Assembly (NCBI GenBank): GCA_033551855.1
Contig: JAWSUI010000009.1
Coordinates: 1 to 64,000, forward strand
Direction: 5' to 3'
DNA: 64,000 nucleotides
Source of the DNA: Deferrisomatales bacterium
GTDB lineage: Bacteria > Desulfobacterota > Deferrisomatia > Deferrisomatales > JACRMM01
Positions 37,212-47,225 of this stretch are shown here, one piece after another; position 1 is the stretch's first letter; the number at the start of each line of letters is the position of its first letter. A model generated the notes under the pieces. The model was not told where the DNA came from. It worked only from the letters and a program-made list of their open reading frames with translations, and searched no databases. Position numbers and translations under genes: made by a program.

Positions 37212-37490
37212 TCACACCCGGTGCATGTAGCGGAAGACCTCCGCATCCTGCACCATGACCTGGAGGCCCATCCCTTCGACCGAACCCTGGAGGCGGCGTG
37301 CGAGCTCGGGAAGGTCGACCGGGGCCCGGCCGGCGTCTGCCAGGAGCGTCATCGCGAAGATCGTCCCCCCCAGGATCTTCTGGTTGATGTCTTCGATGTT
37401 GACCCCGTTCTCGGCGAGGCAGGTGGCGATGCGGGCCACGATTCCGACCTGGTCCTGGCCGATCACGGTTACGACCGTCTTCCTGGACAT
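37212..37490 (-). CDS. ACT domain protein (UPF0237-like)
   Basis: VVTVIGQDQVGIVA...NIEDINQ...VFRYMHRV. Confidence 0.88.
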   Translation of the reverse strand: MSRKTVVTVIGQDQVGIVARIATCLAENGVNIEDINQKILGGTIFAMTLLADAGRAPVDLPELARRLQGSVEGMGLQVMVQDAEVFRYMHRV

Positions 37491-37516
37491 CTCCGTCCTC
37501 CTCGGGAGGTCAAAGG

Positions 37517-38623
37517 TCAACGGCTGGTCGCGGTGCGCGGGGCGCGGGGCGGTCCTCTCGGTTCTTCCGGCCCGGAGGCGAAGGGCAGGGTCCCGGCCAC
37601 CAGGAACGCGGCACCCAGGAGGAGCACCGCCTGGGTCTCTCCCACCGGCAAGCCGGCGGACGGGACGAGCACCACTCCCAGCGCAATCGCCACCCCCGCC
37701 GCCACAATGGCAGTGAACCTTCCCCCCAAGCCCAGGAGGGAGCCGGGGATCCCGCCCGCCCCGAAGGCCAGCGCCTGAAAGATATCTGCCCTTCGACTCG
37801 GGGCCAGAAGCTGGAGCGACTCGAGGCCCAGCCCGAGGAGCACCGCCGCCCCGAGCCCGACGGCAGCCCGCTGCAGCGGCTTTGCCGCCCGTTCCGTCCG
37901 GGCGACAAGCGCGGCGCAGATCGCCCCCAGAAGGATCAGGTGCCCCGATGAGGTGATCCAGGACCACCAACCGGGGAACCGGCGGAAGCTCGAGGTGAAA
38001 CCCTGGGTCTGGCTCCAGAGGGTGCCGGTCTGCACCGTGCCCGGCAGCAAGGCCCACACGGCGAGGCACACCGCCCACAAAGCAAAGAGGGCATGGACCG
38101 TCTCCCCCCGGGCGAGAGCCTCCCCCCATTCCCACACGACCTCCCGGACGCACGTCTCCCATAGGCGCCCAACCCCCACTCCCAACAGGGCCCCGAGCCC
38201 ATCCACGACCACGTCCGTCGCCGTGGTGCGCCGCGCGGGGAGGAACAACTGGAGGGCTTCTACGATCAAGCTCAGGACGAGGGCAGCCGCCAGCACCTTC
38301 CCCAGCCGGCCCCGGCGCCCATACATCAAGCGCCACCCAGTGAACCCGAAGGGCAGGAAGAGGCCGAGATTGGCGAAGACGTCGCTCCAGAGCGGCGGCC
38401 GCCCCCTCTCCACGAAGGGGATCCACTGGATGTCGCTGACGGCGCGGGAGAGGGCTTCCGGTGACGCATCTCCCGTGAAGGGCATAAGGGTCCACCACAG
38501 GATCAACAAGACCGACGCTGCCCAGGCAAGGGCTCGGGCCCAGGTCGGCGTCTCGAGCCGGTTGTGGGGGTTCCTTCGACCGGTCCGGCGCAGGGCTTGC
38601 GACGCTCGCTCGGATGGGGCCAT
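37517..38623 (-). CDS. VanZ-family membrane protein
   Basis: ANLGLFLPFG, VEALQLFLPARRTTATDV, second ESLQ..P.R..D repeat. Confidence 0.8.
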   Translation of the reverse strand: MAPSERASQALRRTGRRNPHNRLETPTWARALAWAASVLLILWWTLMPFTGDASPEALSRAVSDIQWIPFVERGRPPLWSDVFANLGLFLPFGFTGWRLMYGRRGRLGKVLAAALVLSLIVEALQLFLPARRTTATDVVVDGLGALLGVGVGRLWETCVREVVWEWGEALARGETVHALFALWAVCLAVWALLPGTVQTGTLWSQTQGFTSSFRRFPGWWSWITSSGHLILLGAICAALVARTERAAKPLQRAAVGLGAAVLLGLGLESLQLLAPSRRADIFQALAFGAGGIPGSLLGLGGRFTAIVAAGVAIALGVVLVPSAGLPVGETQAVLLLGAAFLVAGTLPFASGPEEPRGPPRAPRTATSR

Positions 38624-38684
38624 CGGCGGATGCTGGCACAGGGACGAAGCGACCGTCAAGAATGGCCAGCCCCGCCCACGAGGG

Positions 38685-39068
38685 TTACCCTCGGGCCAGG
38701 GCCTCCCGCGCGCGCTCCGCCGCAGCCTCGGCGAGCTTCGGGTGTCCTCCCAGCACCTCGGCTGCACGGAACTCCACCCCCGGGTGCCTGGCCGTCAGTC
38801 GCTCGAGCTCGCGGGGTATCTCCTCGCGCACGTGGGCGCCGGGGAACAGGAAGAAGGGAAGCACGACCACCCTGCGGAACCCGGCGGCCACACAGCGATC
38901 TGCAGCCTCGGCGAGACCAGGCCGACGCAACTGGAGAAAGGCCACCTCCACCCGCACGGGCCCGAGGAGGTCCGCCAACTGCCGCGCCACGGCGCCCAGG
39001 CCTTCGATGGCCTCAGGGAGCCGGCTTCCGTGGCCCAGCAGGATGATCGCAGCGTCCTCCTCCCCCAT
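38685..39068 (-). CDS. CbiX/SirB-type chelatase (short form)
   Basis: ILLGHGSR, AFLQ, PFFLFPGAHVREEIP. Confidence 0.88.
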   Translation of the reverse strand: MGEEDAAIILLGHGSRLPEAIEGLGAVARQLADLLGPVRVEVAFLQLRRPGLAEAADRCVAAGFRRVVVLPFFLFPGAHVREEIPRELERLTARHPGVEFRAAEVLGGHPKLAEAAAERAREALARG

Positions 39069-39191
39069 CGTCCGGGACCTCCGCACCGATGTCGGACCAA
39101 GGCCGCGACGGTCACGTACGCGTCCCCGGGTGTCAAGAGCAGGGCCGCCCCGCCCGCCCGCAGGGGGGTCAAGTGGTCGTCGGCAGAGTTT

Positions 39192-40238
39192 CTACAGGGC
39201 CCCCGCGCCCTCGATCCCATCCATCACCTGGAGCTTCTCGATCAGGTCTGCAACCCGACAGGCATAACCCCACTCGTTGTCGTACCAGGCCACCACCTTC
39301 GCCATCCGGTCCTGGCGCACGTGGGTGAGTTGGGCGTCGACGATGGCCGAGTGAGGGTCGCCGATGATGTCGACGGAGACGATGGGGTCGGTGGTGTAGT
39401 CCATGATCCCCTGCAGGGGCCCTCGGCAGGCGGCCCGCATGGCCTCGTTGATCTCCTCGGCGGTCGCCTTCCTCTCCAGCATCACCGTGAGGTCGATGAG
39501 GGAGCCCGTGGGGACCGGGACGCGAAACGCGAGACCCTCGATCCTCCCGTCCAGCTCCGGGATCACGATCCCCAGCGCCTTCGCCGCCCCGGTGGAGGTC
39601 GGGATGATCGACAGGGTAGCCATCCGGGCCCGACGGAAGTCCTTGTGGGGATAGTCGAACAGCCGCTGGTCGTTGGTGAAGGCGTGCACCGTCGAGAGGT
39701 ACCCCTTGGCGATGCCCCAGTTCTCCAGGAGCACCTTCGCCACCGGTGCCGCGCAGTTGGTCGTGCAGGAGGAGTTGGAGATGATGGCGTGCTCGGGGCG
39801 AATGACGTGATCGTTCACCCCCATCACGATGGTGGCGTCGAGGGGGTCCTTCGACGGAACCGTGAGGATCACCCGCTTGGCGCCGGACCGGAGGTGTCCC
39901 TCCAGCTGGGAGACCCGGCGGAACACCCCTGTGGATTCCACCACGTAATCCACCCCGAGATCCGCCCAGGGCAGCTCCAAGGGATCGCCGCTGCGCTTGG
40001 CGGCACCCTTGATGACCTGCATGGCGTCGCCGTCGATCACCATTCGACCGTCCCGCAACTCCACGCTCCCGGGGAACCGGCCGTGGATGGAGTCGTACTT
40101 CGTGACCATGTACAGCGCCTCGATATCCGCCAAATCGTGAAGGGCCACGAAATCGAAGTTCTTCTTGTACTTCTTGGCGGCCCGGAGCACGAGGCGGCCG
40201 ATGCGGCCGTACCCGTTGATGGCGATGCGAACGGCCAT
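39192..40238 (-). CDS. gap: Type I glyceraldehyde-3-phosphate dehydrogenase
   Basis: INGYGRIGR, SNSSCTTNC, IPTSTGAAKA, WYDNEWGY. Confidence 0.97.
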   Translation of the reverse strand: MAVRIAINGYGRIGRLVLRAAKKYKKNFDFVALHDLADIEALYMVTKYDSIHGRFPGSVELRDGRMVIDGDAMQVIKGAAKRSGDPLELPWADLGVDYVVESTGVFRRVSQLEGHLRSGAKRVILTVPSKDPLDATIVMGVNDHVIRPEHAIISNSSCTTNCAAPVAKVLLENWGIAKGYLSTVHAFTNDQRLFDYPHKDFRRARMATLSIIPTSTGAAKALGIVIPELDGRIEGLAFRVPVPTGSLIDLTVMLERKATAEEINEAMRAACRGPLQGIMDYTTDPIVSVDIIGDPHSAIVDAQLTHVRQDRMAKVVAWYDNEWGYACRVADLIEKLQVMDGIEGAGAL

Positions 40239-40367
40239 GGCGAGTCCTCCTGGAGACAAGGGGAGACGCGAGGCTCCCCGATATGGTCAACGGCCCGCCC
40301 CAGGATAGCCCGGGGCCGAGATGCCGCAACCCGGCGCAGCCGCTTCCCCCGGCGTCGCAGGTGCGGA

Positions 40368-41027
40368 TCAGCGGATCCGCCTGGCCACCTCGTCGCCGAT
40401 CGCCGTGAGCTCGACCCCGGCCCGGTGGAAGAGCTCCCCCCACGTGGACGCCCCAGACCGGACGCTGGCGAGGAATGCCGCGGGCTCCGATCCCGCGACC
40501 CGAGCCAAGAGCACCGCCGCCAGCGTTTCGGCGTCCGTGGCCCCTGCGCTCCGGAGGGCCTGGACCGCCTCGGGGGCGGCCCCTAGCCGCTCCGACGCTG
40601 CGGCGTCCACCACCGCCGAAGCGAGAACCGCGTCCGGCGAACCGCGCCGCAGGACGCCGTTCAATTCCCCTCCGACCCGCTCCGGTCGCACTCCGAGCCT
40701 GTCGAGGGCGTCCGCCCAGTTCCCCGAGCGGGCCCGGGCGTCCAGGAGCTCCGGGGCAGAGAGCCCGCTCTTCGCCCCCACGAAATGGGCGAGCCACAGA
40801 TCCTCGTTCGCGGTGCCGGTCATCTTCGCCTGGACGACCGATCGTTTCTCGATCCCGAAGGCGGAGGCCATCACGGAGTTCTGCACCGTGGCCAGCACGT
40901 AGGGATCCGCTGCCGCCGGCCGCGCGGGGTCGAAGGAGCGGTCCCGGAAACAGTGGCAGGATACGGCCCGGCCCTCTGCCGGGGCGCTGGCCAGGGCCAA
41001 CAGGACACAAAGGAGAAGAACTCGCAT
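40368..41027 (-). CDS. Exported hypothetical protein
   Basis: Signal peptide MRVLLLCVLLALA; SCHCFRDR motif; GGAG RBS. Confidence 0.65.
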   Translation of the reverse strand: MRVLLLCVLLALASAPAEGRAVSCHCFRDRSFDPARPAAADPYVLATVQNSVMASAFGIEKRSVVQAKMTGTANEDLWLAHFVGAKSGLSAPELLDARARSGNWADALDRLGVRPERVGGELNGVLRRGSPDAVLASAVVDAAASERLGAAPEAVQALRSAGATDAETLAAVLLARVAGSEPAAFLASVRSGASTWGELFHRAGVELTAIGDEVARRIR

Positions 41028-41048
41028 GGCTGCTCCCAGGACACATGG

Positions 41049-41270
41049 GTGGACGGACCCCTGGATCCACCGGCTGGTTCGCAAGCGGGGTCCGGGAGCC
41101 CCTGCGTTTCGCCCCCCAAAACGCGGCAACTGGAAAAAGTGTCCCAGCCGTCCCCGGTGCGCCGGGCTTCACCCGCTTGCGCCGGCCTCGTCGGGTCGGT
41201 GGATGCGGCGCGGAACTGCACTCCAGGGCTCCCGGACTGCGCCCCGCAATCTGGATTCTGGGACCGCCCC
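41049..41270 (+). repeat. Interspersed palindromic repeat or MITE family B, copy 2
   Basis: Matches the reverse complement of 23372-23597; perfect internal IR gtccgggagccc/gggctcccggac. Confidence 0.85.
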
Positions 41271-41366
41271 AGTGTGTCGCCGTCTCGCCGCACGAGCCTT
41301 GACTCCGGTCAAGACCTCCCAGGAAGGGGGATTCCCGGGCGGTGCCGCGGGGCTCCACCCCCCCCC

Positions 41367-41395
41367 TTTACACGCGACCCCGTCTGGGGTACCAA
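41367..41395 (+). promoter_or_regulatory. Putative sigma70 promoter for argS
   Basis: TTTACA-17 nt-TACCAA. Confidence 0.35.
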
Positions 41396-41453
41396 GGGCC
41401 CCCCAAAGCGGGGAACTGCAAGAGGAGCCCCGAGAGGGCTGCGGAGGAAGAGC

Positions 41454-43223
41454 GTGAAACCCCTTCGAGAGAAGCTTTCGTCCCTGGTCGCCGAGGCCTT
41501 CCGTACCGCCGGGCTGGATCCTTCCCTCGGAGAGGTGGTGGTGTCGGCTCGGCCGGATCTGGGGCAGTTCCAATGCAATGGGCCCCTGCCGGCGGCCAAG
41601 GCAGCCAAGGCGAACCCGCGTCAGATCGCCCAGGCCGTCGTGGACCGCCTCGCCCACGACGACGTGTTTCGCTACGTGTCCGTGGCGGGCCCCGGCTTCA
41701 TCAACCTCAGCCTCACGGACGAGTTTCTGGCGACCCACGCCCGGGAAATGCGGTCGGACCAGAACCTGGGCTGCGCTCCCGTCGCCTCGCCCCAGAGGAT
41801 CGTGCTGGACTACGGAGGGCCGAACATCGCGAAGCCCATGCACGTGGGGCACCTGCGGGCCGCCATCATCGGGGAGAGCCTGAAGCGCCTGGCCCGTTAT
41901 CTGGGCCACGACGTGGTGGGCGACGTGCACCTGGGGGACTGGGGCCTCCAGATGGGCATGGTGATCGCGGAGCTGGCTCGGAGACGCCCCGACCTGCCCT
42001 ATTTCGAGGCGACCCGCTCCGGGCCATACCCATCGGCGTCCCCGGTGTCCGCGTCCGAGCTGGAGGAGATCTACCCCACCGCGAGTCAGCGGGCCAAGGC
42101 GGACCCCGGCTTCGCCGAGGCTGCCCGTCAGGCCACCTTCGAGCTCCAACAGGGGCGTCCCGGCTACCGGGCCCTCTGGCGGCACCTCGTGGACGTCTCG
42201 GTGGCGGAGCTCAAGGCCGACTACGACCGACTCGAGGTGGGGTTCGACCTCTGGTTGGGGGAGAGTGACGCCCAACCCTGGATCCCTCCCCTCATCGAGC
42301 GGCTCCGAGCCGGCGGGCACGCCCGCGAGAGCGAGGGCGCCCTCGTGGTGGACGTGGCAGAAGCCGGGGATGCAAAGGAGCTGCCGCCGCTGCTCCTCCT
42401 CAAGTCCGACGGCGCGGCCCTCTACGGAACCACGGACCTGGCGACCCTGGACCACCGGGTACGGGACCTCGGGGCGCAACGAGTCCTCTACGTCGTCGAC
42501 AAACGCCAAGCAGACCACTTCACACAGGTCTTCCGCGCGGCCCGAAGGACAGGCATCGCCCCCCCCGCCGTGGGGCTCGAGCACATCGGCTTCGGCACCA
42601 TGAACGGATCGGACGGGAGACCGTTCAAGACCCGCGAGGGGGGGGTCATGAAGCTTCGCGACCTCCTGGATCTCGTCACCGCCAAGGCACGGGAGAGGAT
42701 CCGAGAGGCCGGGGTCGCCCGGGACTACCCGCCGGACGAGGTGGAGCGGATCGCGCAGTTGGTGGGGATCGCCACCCTCAAGTATGCCGACCTGTCCAAC
42801 CACCGGGCAAAGGACTACATTTTTGACCTGGAGCGCTTCTCGTCCTTCGAGGGGCGAACCGGGCCGTACCTCTTGTACGCTGCGGTGCGAACCCGCTCCA
42901 TCCTGCGCAAGGCTGCCGAGGCCGGGCTCGTGCCCGGCACGCTGGCGCCCGCGGCGGACGACGTGGAGCGCGGTGTCCTGCTGACCCTCGCGAGATACCC
43001 GGACTCCCTCCACGCCGCTTTCGAGAATCGCGCCCCGAACATCCTTTGCGATTACGCCTACGAGCTGGCAACGGCCTTCACCCGCTTCTACCAGGAGCAC
43101 CACATCCTCAGCCAAACCGACCCCGCCCGCCGGGCGTCCTGGCTCGGCCTGTGCGATCTCACGGTGAGGGTGCTCCTCCAGGTCCTGGAGCTGCTGGGGA
43201 TCCGGGTGCCCGAGCGGATGTGA
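41454..43223 (+). CDS. argS: Arginine--tRNA ligase
   Basis: GPGFINL, PNIAKPMHVGHLR (HIGH), KSDGAALYGTTDLA, FKTREG, GIRVPERM. Confidence 0.97.
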   Translation: MKPLREKLSSLVAEAFRTAGLDPSLGEVVVSARPDLGQFQCNGPLPAAKAAKANPRQIAQAVVDRLAHDDVFRYVSVAGPGFINLSLTDEFLATHAREMRSDQNLGCAPVASPQRIVLDYGGPNIAKPMHVGHLRAAIIGESLKRLARYLGHDVVGDVHLGDWGLQMGMVIAELARRRPDLPYFEATRSGPYPSASPVSASELEEIYPTASQRAKADPGFAEAARQATFELQQGRPGYRALWRHLVDVSVAELKADYDRLEVGFDLWLGESDAQPWIPPLIERLRAGGHARESEGALVVDVAEAGDAKELPPLLLLKSDGAALYGTTDLATLDHRVRDLGAQRVLYVVDKRQADHFTQVFRAARRTGIAPPAVGLEHIGFGTMNGSDGRPFKTREGGVMKLRDLLDLVTAKARERIREAGVARDYPPDEVERIAQLVGIATLKYADLSNHRAKDYIFDLERFSSFEGRTGPYLLYAAVRTRSILRKAAEAGLVPGTLAPAADDVERGVLLTLARYPDSLHAAFENRAPNILCDYAYELATAFTRFYQEHHILSQTDPARRASWLGLCDLTVRVLLQVLELLGIRVPERM

Positions 43224-43240
43224 GAAGGCCCGAGGGCAGG

Positions 43241-43280
43241 GCATGAGAAAGATCTCATGCCGATTTCAGGATGCTCTCAT
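43241..43280 (+). promoter_or_regulatory. Putative transcription-factor sites upstream of degP
   Basis: Perfect IR gcatgaga-aaga-tctcatgc; tctcat/tttcag/tctcat at 11-bp spacing. Confidence 0.5.
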
Positions 43281-43332
43281 CTCGCAGCCTTATTCTACGG
43301 CTGGAATGATCGATTGACGCAGGAGGTGGAAC

Positions 43333-44736
43333 ATGAAACAGAGGAAGATCTTTCCGTTCCTGACGGTGCTCGCTGCGCTGGCGGCGGGCGCGTACGCGGC
43401 TTGGGCCGCTCCCGCTCCGGAGTCCTTCGCTCCCTTGGCGGAGCGCTTGACGCCCAGCGTGGTCAACATCTCTACCACGAGCACCGTTCGACCCTCGGCC
43501 CCCTTCCGCGCCCCCCCGAGGGGAAGGGACCCCTTTCGGGAGTTTTTCGGTGAGGAGTTCTTCCGTCGGTTCTTCGGCGAAGACGCTCCGCGGGAGTTTC
43601 GCTCCCAGAGCCTGGGCTCCGGGTTCATTCTCGATCGGGAGGGGTACGTCATCACCAACAACCACGTCGTGCGCAACGCCGACCAGATCGTGGTGAAGCT
43701 TTCCGACGAAGTGGAGTTCGAGGCGAAGGTGGTGGGCACCGACCCGAAGACCGATCTTGCCCTCATCCAGTTCGACCCCAAGGGCGTGACCCTGCAACCC
43801 GTGGAGATGGGGGACTCCGACGCCCTTCGCGTGGGCGAGTGGGTCATGGCCATCGGCAACCCCTTCGGCTACGGCCACACCGTTACCGCCGGCATCGTGA
43901 GCGCCAAGGGACGCGTCATCGGCGCAGGGGCTTACGACGACTTCATCCAGACCGATGCGGCGATCAACCCCGGGAACTCCGGCGGCCCCCTGTTCGACGC
44001 CGGTGGGCGCGTGGTCGGGATCAACACGGCCATCGTGGCGGGGGGTACCGGCATCGGGTTTGCGATCCCCGTGAACCTGGCCAAGCAGGTGGTCACCCAA
44101 CTCAAGGACCAAGGCAAGGTCACCCGCGGCTGGCTAGGGGTCATGATCCAGCAGGTCACCCCCGAGCTCGCCAGACAGTTCGGACTGGAGGAGACCCGCG
44201 GCGCCCTGGTGGGCGGGGTGACGCCCGGCGGGCCCGCGGAGAAAGCCGGGCTGCTGCGCGGTGACGTCATCTTGGAGTTCGACCGGGTCGCGGTGGGCCG
44301 AATGAGCGAGCTCCCGCGCCTGGTGGCTCAGCGCGCACCGGGGAGCAAGGTCGAGGTGCTCGTGCTGCGCAAGGGCGAGCGGAAGACCCTCACCGTCACC
44401 CTCGGCGAGCTCAAAGACGAGACCGTGGCGGCAGCAGAGCCCGCCTCCGAGCAGGAGCTCGGCCTCACGGTGCAGGAGATCAGCCCGGAGCTTCGGGCCC
44501 ATCTGGAGTTGGATACGGACCAAGGCCTGGTGATCTCGGGGGTGGATCCCAGCGGCCCCGCGGCCGGCGCGGGTCTGCGACGGGGCGACGTGATCCTGGA
44601 GGTGAACCAGCAAGAGGTAGCGGATCTCGACTCCTACCGGCGCGCCCTGGGGGCTGCGGAGGGCAAGGACAGCGTGCTGTTCCTGATCCGGCGCGGCCAG
44701 GGCAGCCTGTACGTAGTGGTTCCCATGAAGACGTGA
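43333..44736 (+). CDS. degP: DegP/DegQ (HtrA) periplasmic serine protease with two PDZ domains
   Basis: ITNNHVV, DPKTDLA, AINPGNSGGPL, two PDZ-like domains. Confidence 0.95.
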   Translation: MKQRKIFPFLTVLAALAAGAYAAWAAPAPESFAPLAERLTPSVVNISTTSTVRPSAPFRAPPRGRDPFREFFGEEFFRRFFGEDAPREFRSQSLGSGFILDREGYVITNNHVVRNADQIVVKLSDEVEFEAKVVGTDPKTDLALIQFDPKGVTLQPVEMGDSDALRVGEWVMAIGNPFGYGHTVTAGIVSAKGRVIGAGAYDDFIQTDAAINPGNSGGPLFDAGGRVVGINTAIVAGGTGIGFAIPVNLAKQVVTQLKDQGKVTRGWLGVMIQQVTPELARQFGLEETRGALVGGVTPGGPAEKAGLLRGDVILEFDRVAVGRMSELPRLVAQRAPGSKVEVLVLRKGERKTLTVTLGELKDETVAAAEPASEQELGLTVQEISPELRAHLELDTDQGLVISGVDPSGPAAGAGLRRGDVILEVNQQEVADLDSYRRALGAAEGKDSVLFLIRRGQGSLYVVVPMKT

Positions 44737-44759
44737 CGCGCTCCCCGGAGGAGACGTCG

Positions 44760-44793
44760 AGAGGGGCCCCCCGCGGGGGCCCCTCTGTTTTTC
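44760..44793 (+). terminator. Intrinsic terminator after degP
   Basis: agaggggcccc...ggggcccctct followed by gtttttct. Confidence 0.8.
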
Positions 44794-44825
44794 TGGTTCC
44801 TCCGGCAAACGCCCGGCCGGGCTCC

Positions 44826-45794
44826 TCACCGAGGCCCGCCGCCACCGGGCTCCAGGGTCCGCAGGGTGTGTTGATAAGGGGAAGGGTCCATTCCCAGCAG
44901 CCGGGCATTCCCCACGGCCCTCTCTGCCAGGACACGGGCCTCGCCGGCGCGCCCGGCCTGCGCCAGCAGCAGGGCCAGGTTGTTCAGGGGCTCGGGCCGG
45001 CCGGACCCCACGGCGTGGGATCGGCGAAACGCATCCTCGGCGCCCGGCAGGTCTCCCACGGCATAACGTGCATTGCCCAGTCCGAAGGTGCCCCGCCAGT
45101 CGCCCGCCCAGCGGCGGGCAAAGGCCTCATAGCCGGCCCCGGCCTGGAGGGCGTGGCCACCCTCTTCCAGGTCCGCCAGACTCTCGAGGATCCCCTCCCG
45201 ATCGTCTCCCGCTGGAAGCCGGCCCGGGGGGAGGGCGAGGAGCCCGAAGGCGCCGCCCCGCTCCCAGGTGCGCCGGAGTCTTCCCAAGGCCACCCCCTCG
45301 GGGGCCGGGCCGCCTGCGTGGAGCACGGCGATCCCCTCGCTCAGGTCATATCCCGTGAGCACCGAGTAGTGCCACCGCGGCAGCCACCCCAACCCTCGGT
45401 TTTCCAGGAGGAGGACGGGATGCCCCGCGCCCGCTTCGGCCAGGAGCGCCTCGAAATGGGGGCGAACCCGGTAGGCCAGGAGCCCGCGGGCCCGAACCTC
45501 CCGGGGGAGATCGATGGGCAGGGTGCCGGAGCGACCGGGGAGGTACACGAGGGGGGCGAGGGCCTCCGGCGTCTCCGGGTGCCCCGCCCAGGCGAGGAGG
45601 GAGGCCAGGGAGGTGGGACCGCAGTGGTCCTCGGTCTGCACCAGGACCGGAACGCCCTCCACCCGCGCCCGTGGGGGAAGCTCCACGTCCCGCAGGCGAG
45701 AGAGCCCGGAGGCGCACCCCCCCAGCGTCCCCGCCAGGGGAAGCGCCACCGCGAGCAGACAGACGGCGCGGGCACGTCCGTGGACACCCCCCAC
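44826..45794 (-). CDS. PA2778-family C39-like cysteine peptidase lipoprotein with TPR
   Basis: Lipobox LGGC; QTEDHCGP, VYLPGRSGTL, WHYSVLTGYD; TPR with NNLA. Confidence 0.85.
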   Translation of the reverse strand: MGGVHGRARAVCLLAVALPLAGTLGGCASGLSRLRDVELPPRARVEGVPVLVQTEDHCGPTSLASLLAWAGHPETPEALAPLVYLPGRSGTLPIDLPREVRARGLLAYRVRPHFEALLAEAGAGHPVLLLENRGLGWLPRWHYSVLTGYDLSEGIAVLHAGGPAPEGVALGRLRRTWERGGAFGLLALPPGRLPAGDDREGILESLADLEEGGHALQAGAGYEAFARRWAGDWRGTFGLGNARYAVGDLPGAEDAFRRSHAVGSGRPEPLNNLALLLAQAGRAGEARVLAERAVGNARLLGMDPSPYQHTLRTLEPGGGGPR

Positions 45795-45798
45795 GCCG

Positions 45799-46194
45799 TC
45801 AGCGAACCGATTTCTTGACGAAGGGGAAGACGTTGGTGAACCCGAGGATGTCCGTGATCAGGAGCACGATGAAGATAAACAGGACGGCGGCGATGACGAC
45901 CCCGACCCCATTGCCGGCCGCCGGAAGGCGGTCCCACTCGTCCAGGGCCCGCTGGGCCTCTGCGTCCGTGAGGCCGGCGACCCGGCGCACCGCTTCCGCC
46001 CGGTCCACCCCGTAGGCCTCCAGCGCCCGCGCCACGTCCTCCCGCTCGAGGACGGAGACCAGCCGGGCCTGGGGCCCTTCGACCGTCGCGCGGGTCGACA
46101 CCCAGCCGGCCGTCGCGGGGGAGGTGGGCAAGGACAGGCACAGGACGGCAAAGACAACTAAGAGGGACGTGAGCTCTTTCCAGGGGCGGGACAT
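45799..46194 (-). CDS. PA2779-family protein
   Basis: Signal peptide, RVAGLTDAE, LPAAG, C-terminal TM LLITDILGFTNVFPF. Confidence 0.85.
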   Translation of the reverse strand: MSRPWKELTSLLVVFAVLCLSLPTSPATAGWVSTRATVEGPQARLVSVLEREDVARALEAYGVDRAEAVRRVAGLTDAEAQRALDEWDRLPAAGNGVGVVIAAVLFIFIVLLITDILGFTNVFPFVKKSVR

Positions 46195-46613
46195 GGCTAA
46201 CCTCCTCGCTCGGGGATCCAGAAACAGCGTCGGGGGCCCAAGTTTACGGAAATCCTGGTGCCCGTCAACCGAGGCACCCCGTCCTGGACCCACCGCCCGT
46301 CAAGTGCTCGGGGTCGGGCGGGTCCGGCGGCGCAGGCGGACGGCCGCTCGAGGACCGTATCCCCGTCGGGGCCCGTGGACCCTTCGGGCATCCCGCAGGA
46401 CCCGAGGGCCCGCAAAGTCGGGGCGTCCGGCAGCGGCCGCCGGCGTGGGCGGACCCACCCCGCCGTTTCCCGGCCGAGCCGATACTTCCCCCCTGCGCAG
46501 CCTCCGCATGAGGGGCAGGGTTCCGGCTCATCTGGCGCACCCGGGCCGGGACCGTGTAGAGTCACCGGGCCGCGGCGGCGAAGTCCTTTCCGCGAATGTC
46601 AGGAGAAGGTCCC

Positions 46614-47099
46614 ATGCCGACGATGGAGGAGGTCAAGGCGTACCTGGCCGGCCACGGAATCGGGGTGAGGGAGTTCGACGTCCCCACCCCGACCTCCGAG
46701 ACCGCCGCCCGAGCCGTGGGGTGCTCCGTGGGGGAGATCGCCAAGACCGTGCTCTTCGTGGTGGGGGGGGTTCCCGTGGCCGTCGTCGCCTCCGGGGACG
46801 TGAAGGTCATCGGGAGCAAGCTCAAGAAGGCCACCGGGCTCACGGGGAAGGTCAGGCTGCCCACGGCCGAAGACGTGGTTCTCCACACGGGCTATGCCCC
46901 GGGCGGCGTCTGCCCCTTCCTCCTCCCCCCCGGGCTGCTCATCGTCATGGACTCGTCGCTCCGGCGCTTTCGCACGGTCTTCCCGGCAGCCGGCAACGAC
47001 CACTCCGCGGTCCCCGTCACAGTGGATCGCCTCCTGGGTCTTACCGGTGCCCGCGAGGTGGACGCCTGCGAACCCCCGGGCGGCAAGGCGGCGCCGTAA
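46614..47099 (+). CDS. YbaK/EbsC family aminoacyl-tRNA deacylase
   Basis: IAKTVLF, TGYAPGGVCPF, FPAAG. Confidence 0.9.
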   Translation: MPTMEEVKAYLAGHGIGVREFDVPTPTSETAARAVGCSVGEIAKTVLFVVGGVPVAVVASGDVKVIGSKLKKATGLTGKVRLPTAEDVVLHTGYAPGGVCPFLLPPGLLIVMDSSLRRFRTVFPAAGNDHSAVPVTVDRLLGLTGAREVDACEPPGGKAAP

Positions 47100-47225
47100 G
47101 CGCCCGCCGCCGCCGCGACCGCTTCGCCGAGCTTCCGAAATCGATCCCCCGTCCGAAGGACCTTGCCTCGTCCGGGCCTTCGGGTAGCCTGTGGGCCTCG
47201 AACCGCCACCCCCGAACGGCGAGCC

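Noticed and set aside
37559..37572. ggttcttccgg matching the MITE terminus
   Set aside because: Only about 11 bp, inside the VanZ-like CDS, with no partner end; likely chance
41280..41453. T-box leader for argS
   Set aside because: No T-box consensus or terminator/antiterminator recognised
46200..46610. Small gene or ncRNA in the 400-bp divergent intergenic region
   Set aside because: Short ORFs are low-complexity and lack motifs; no convincing terminator or repeat match
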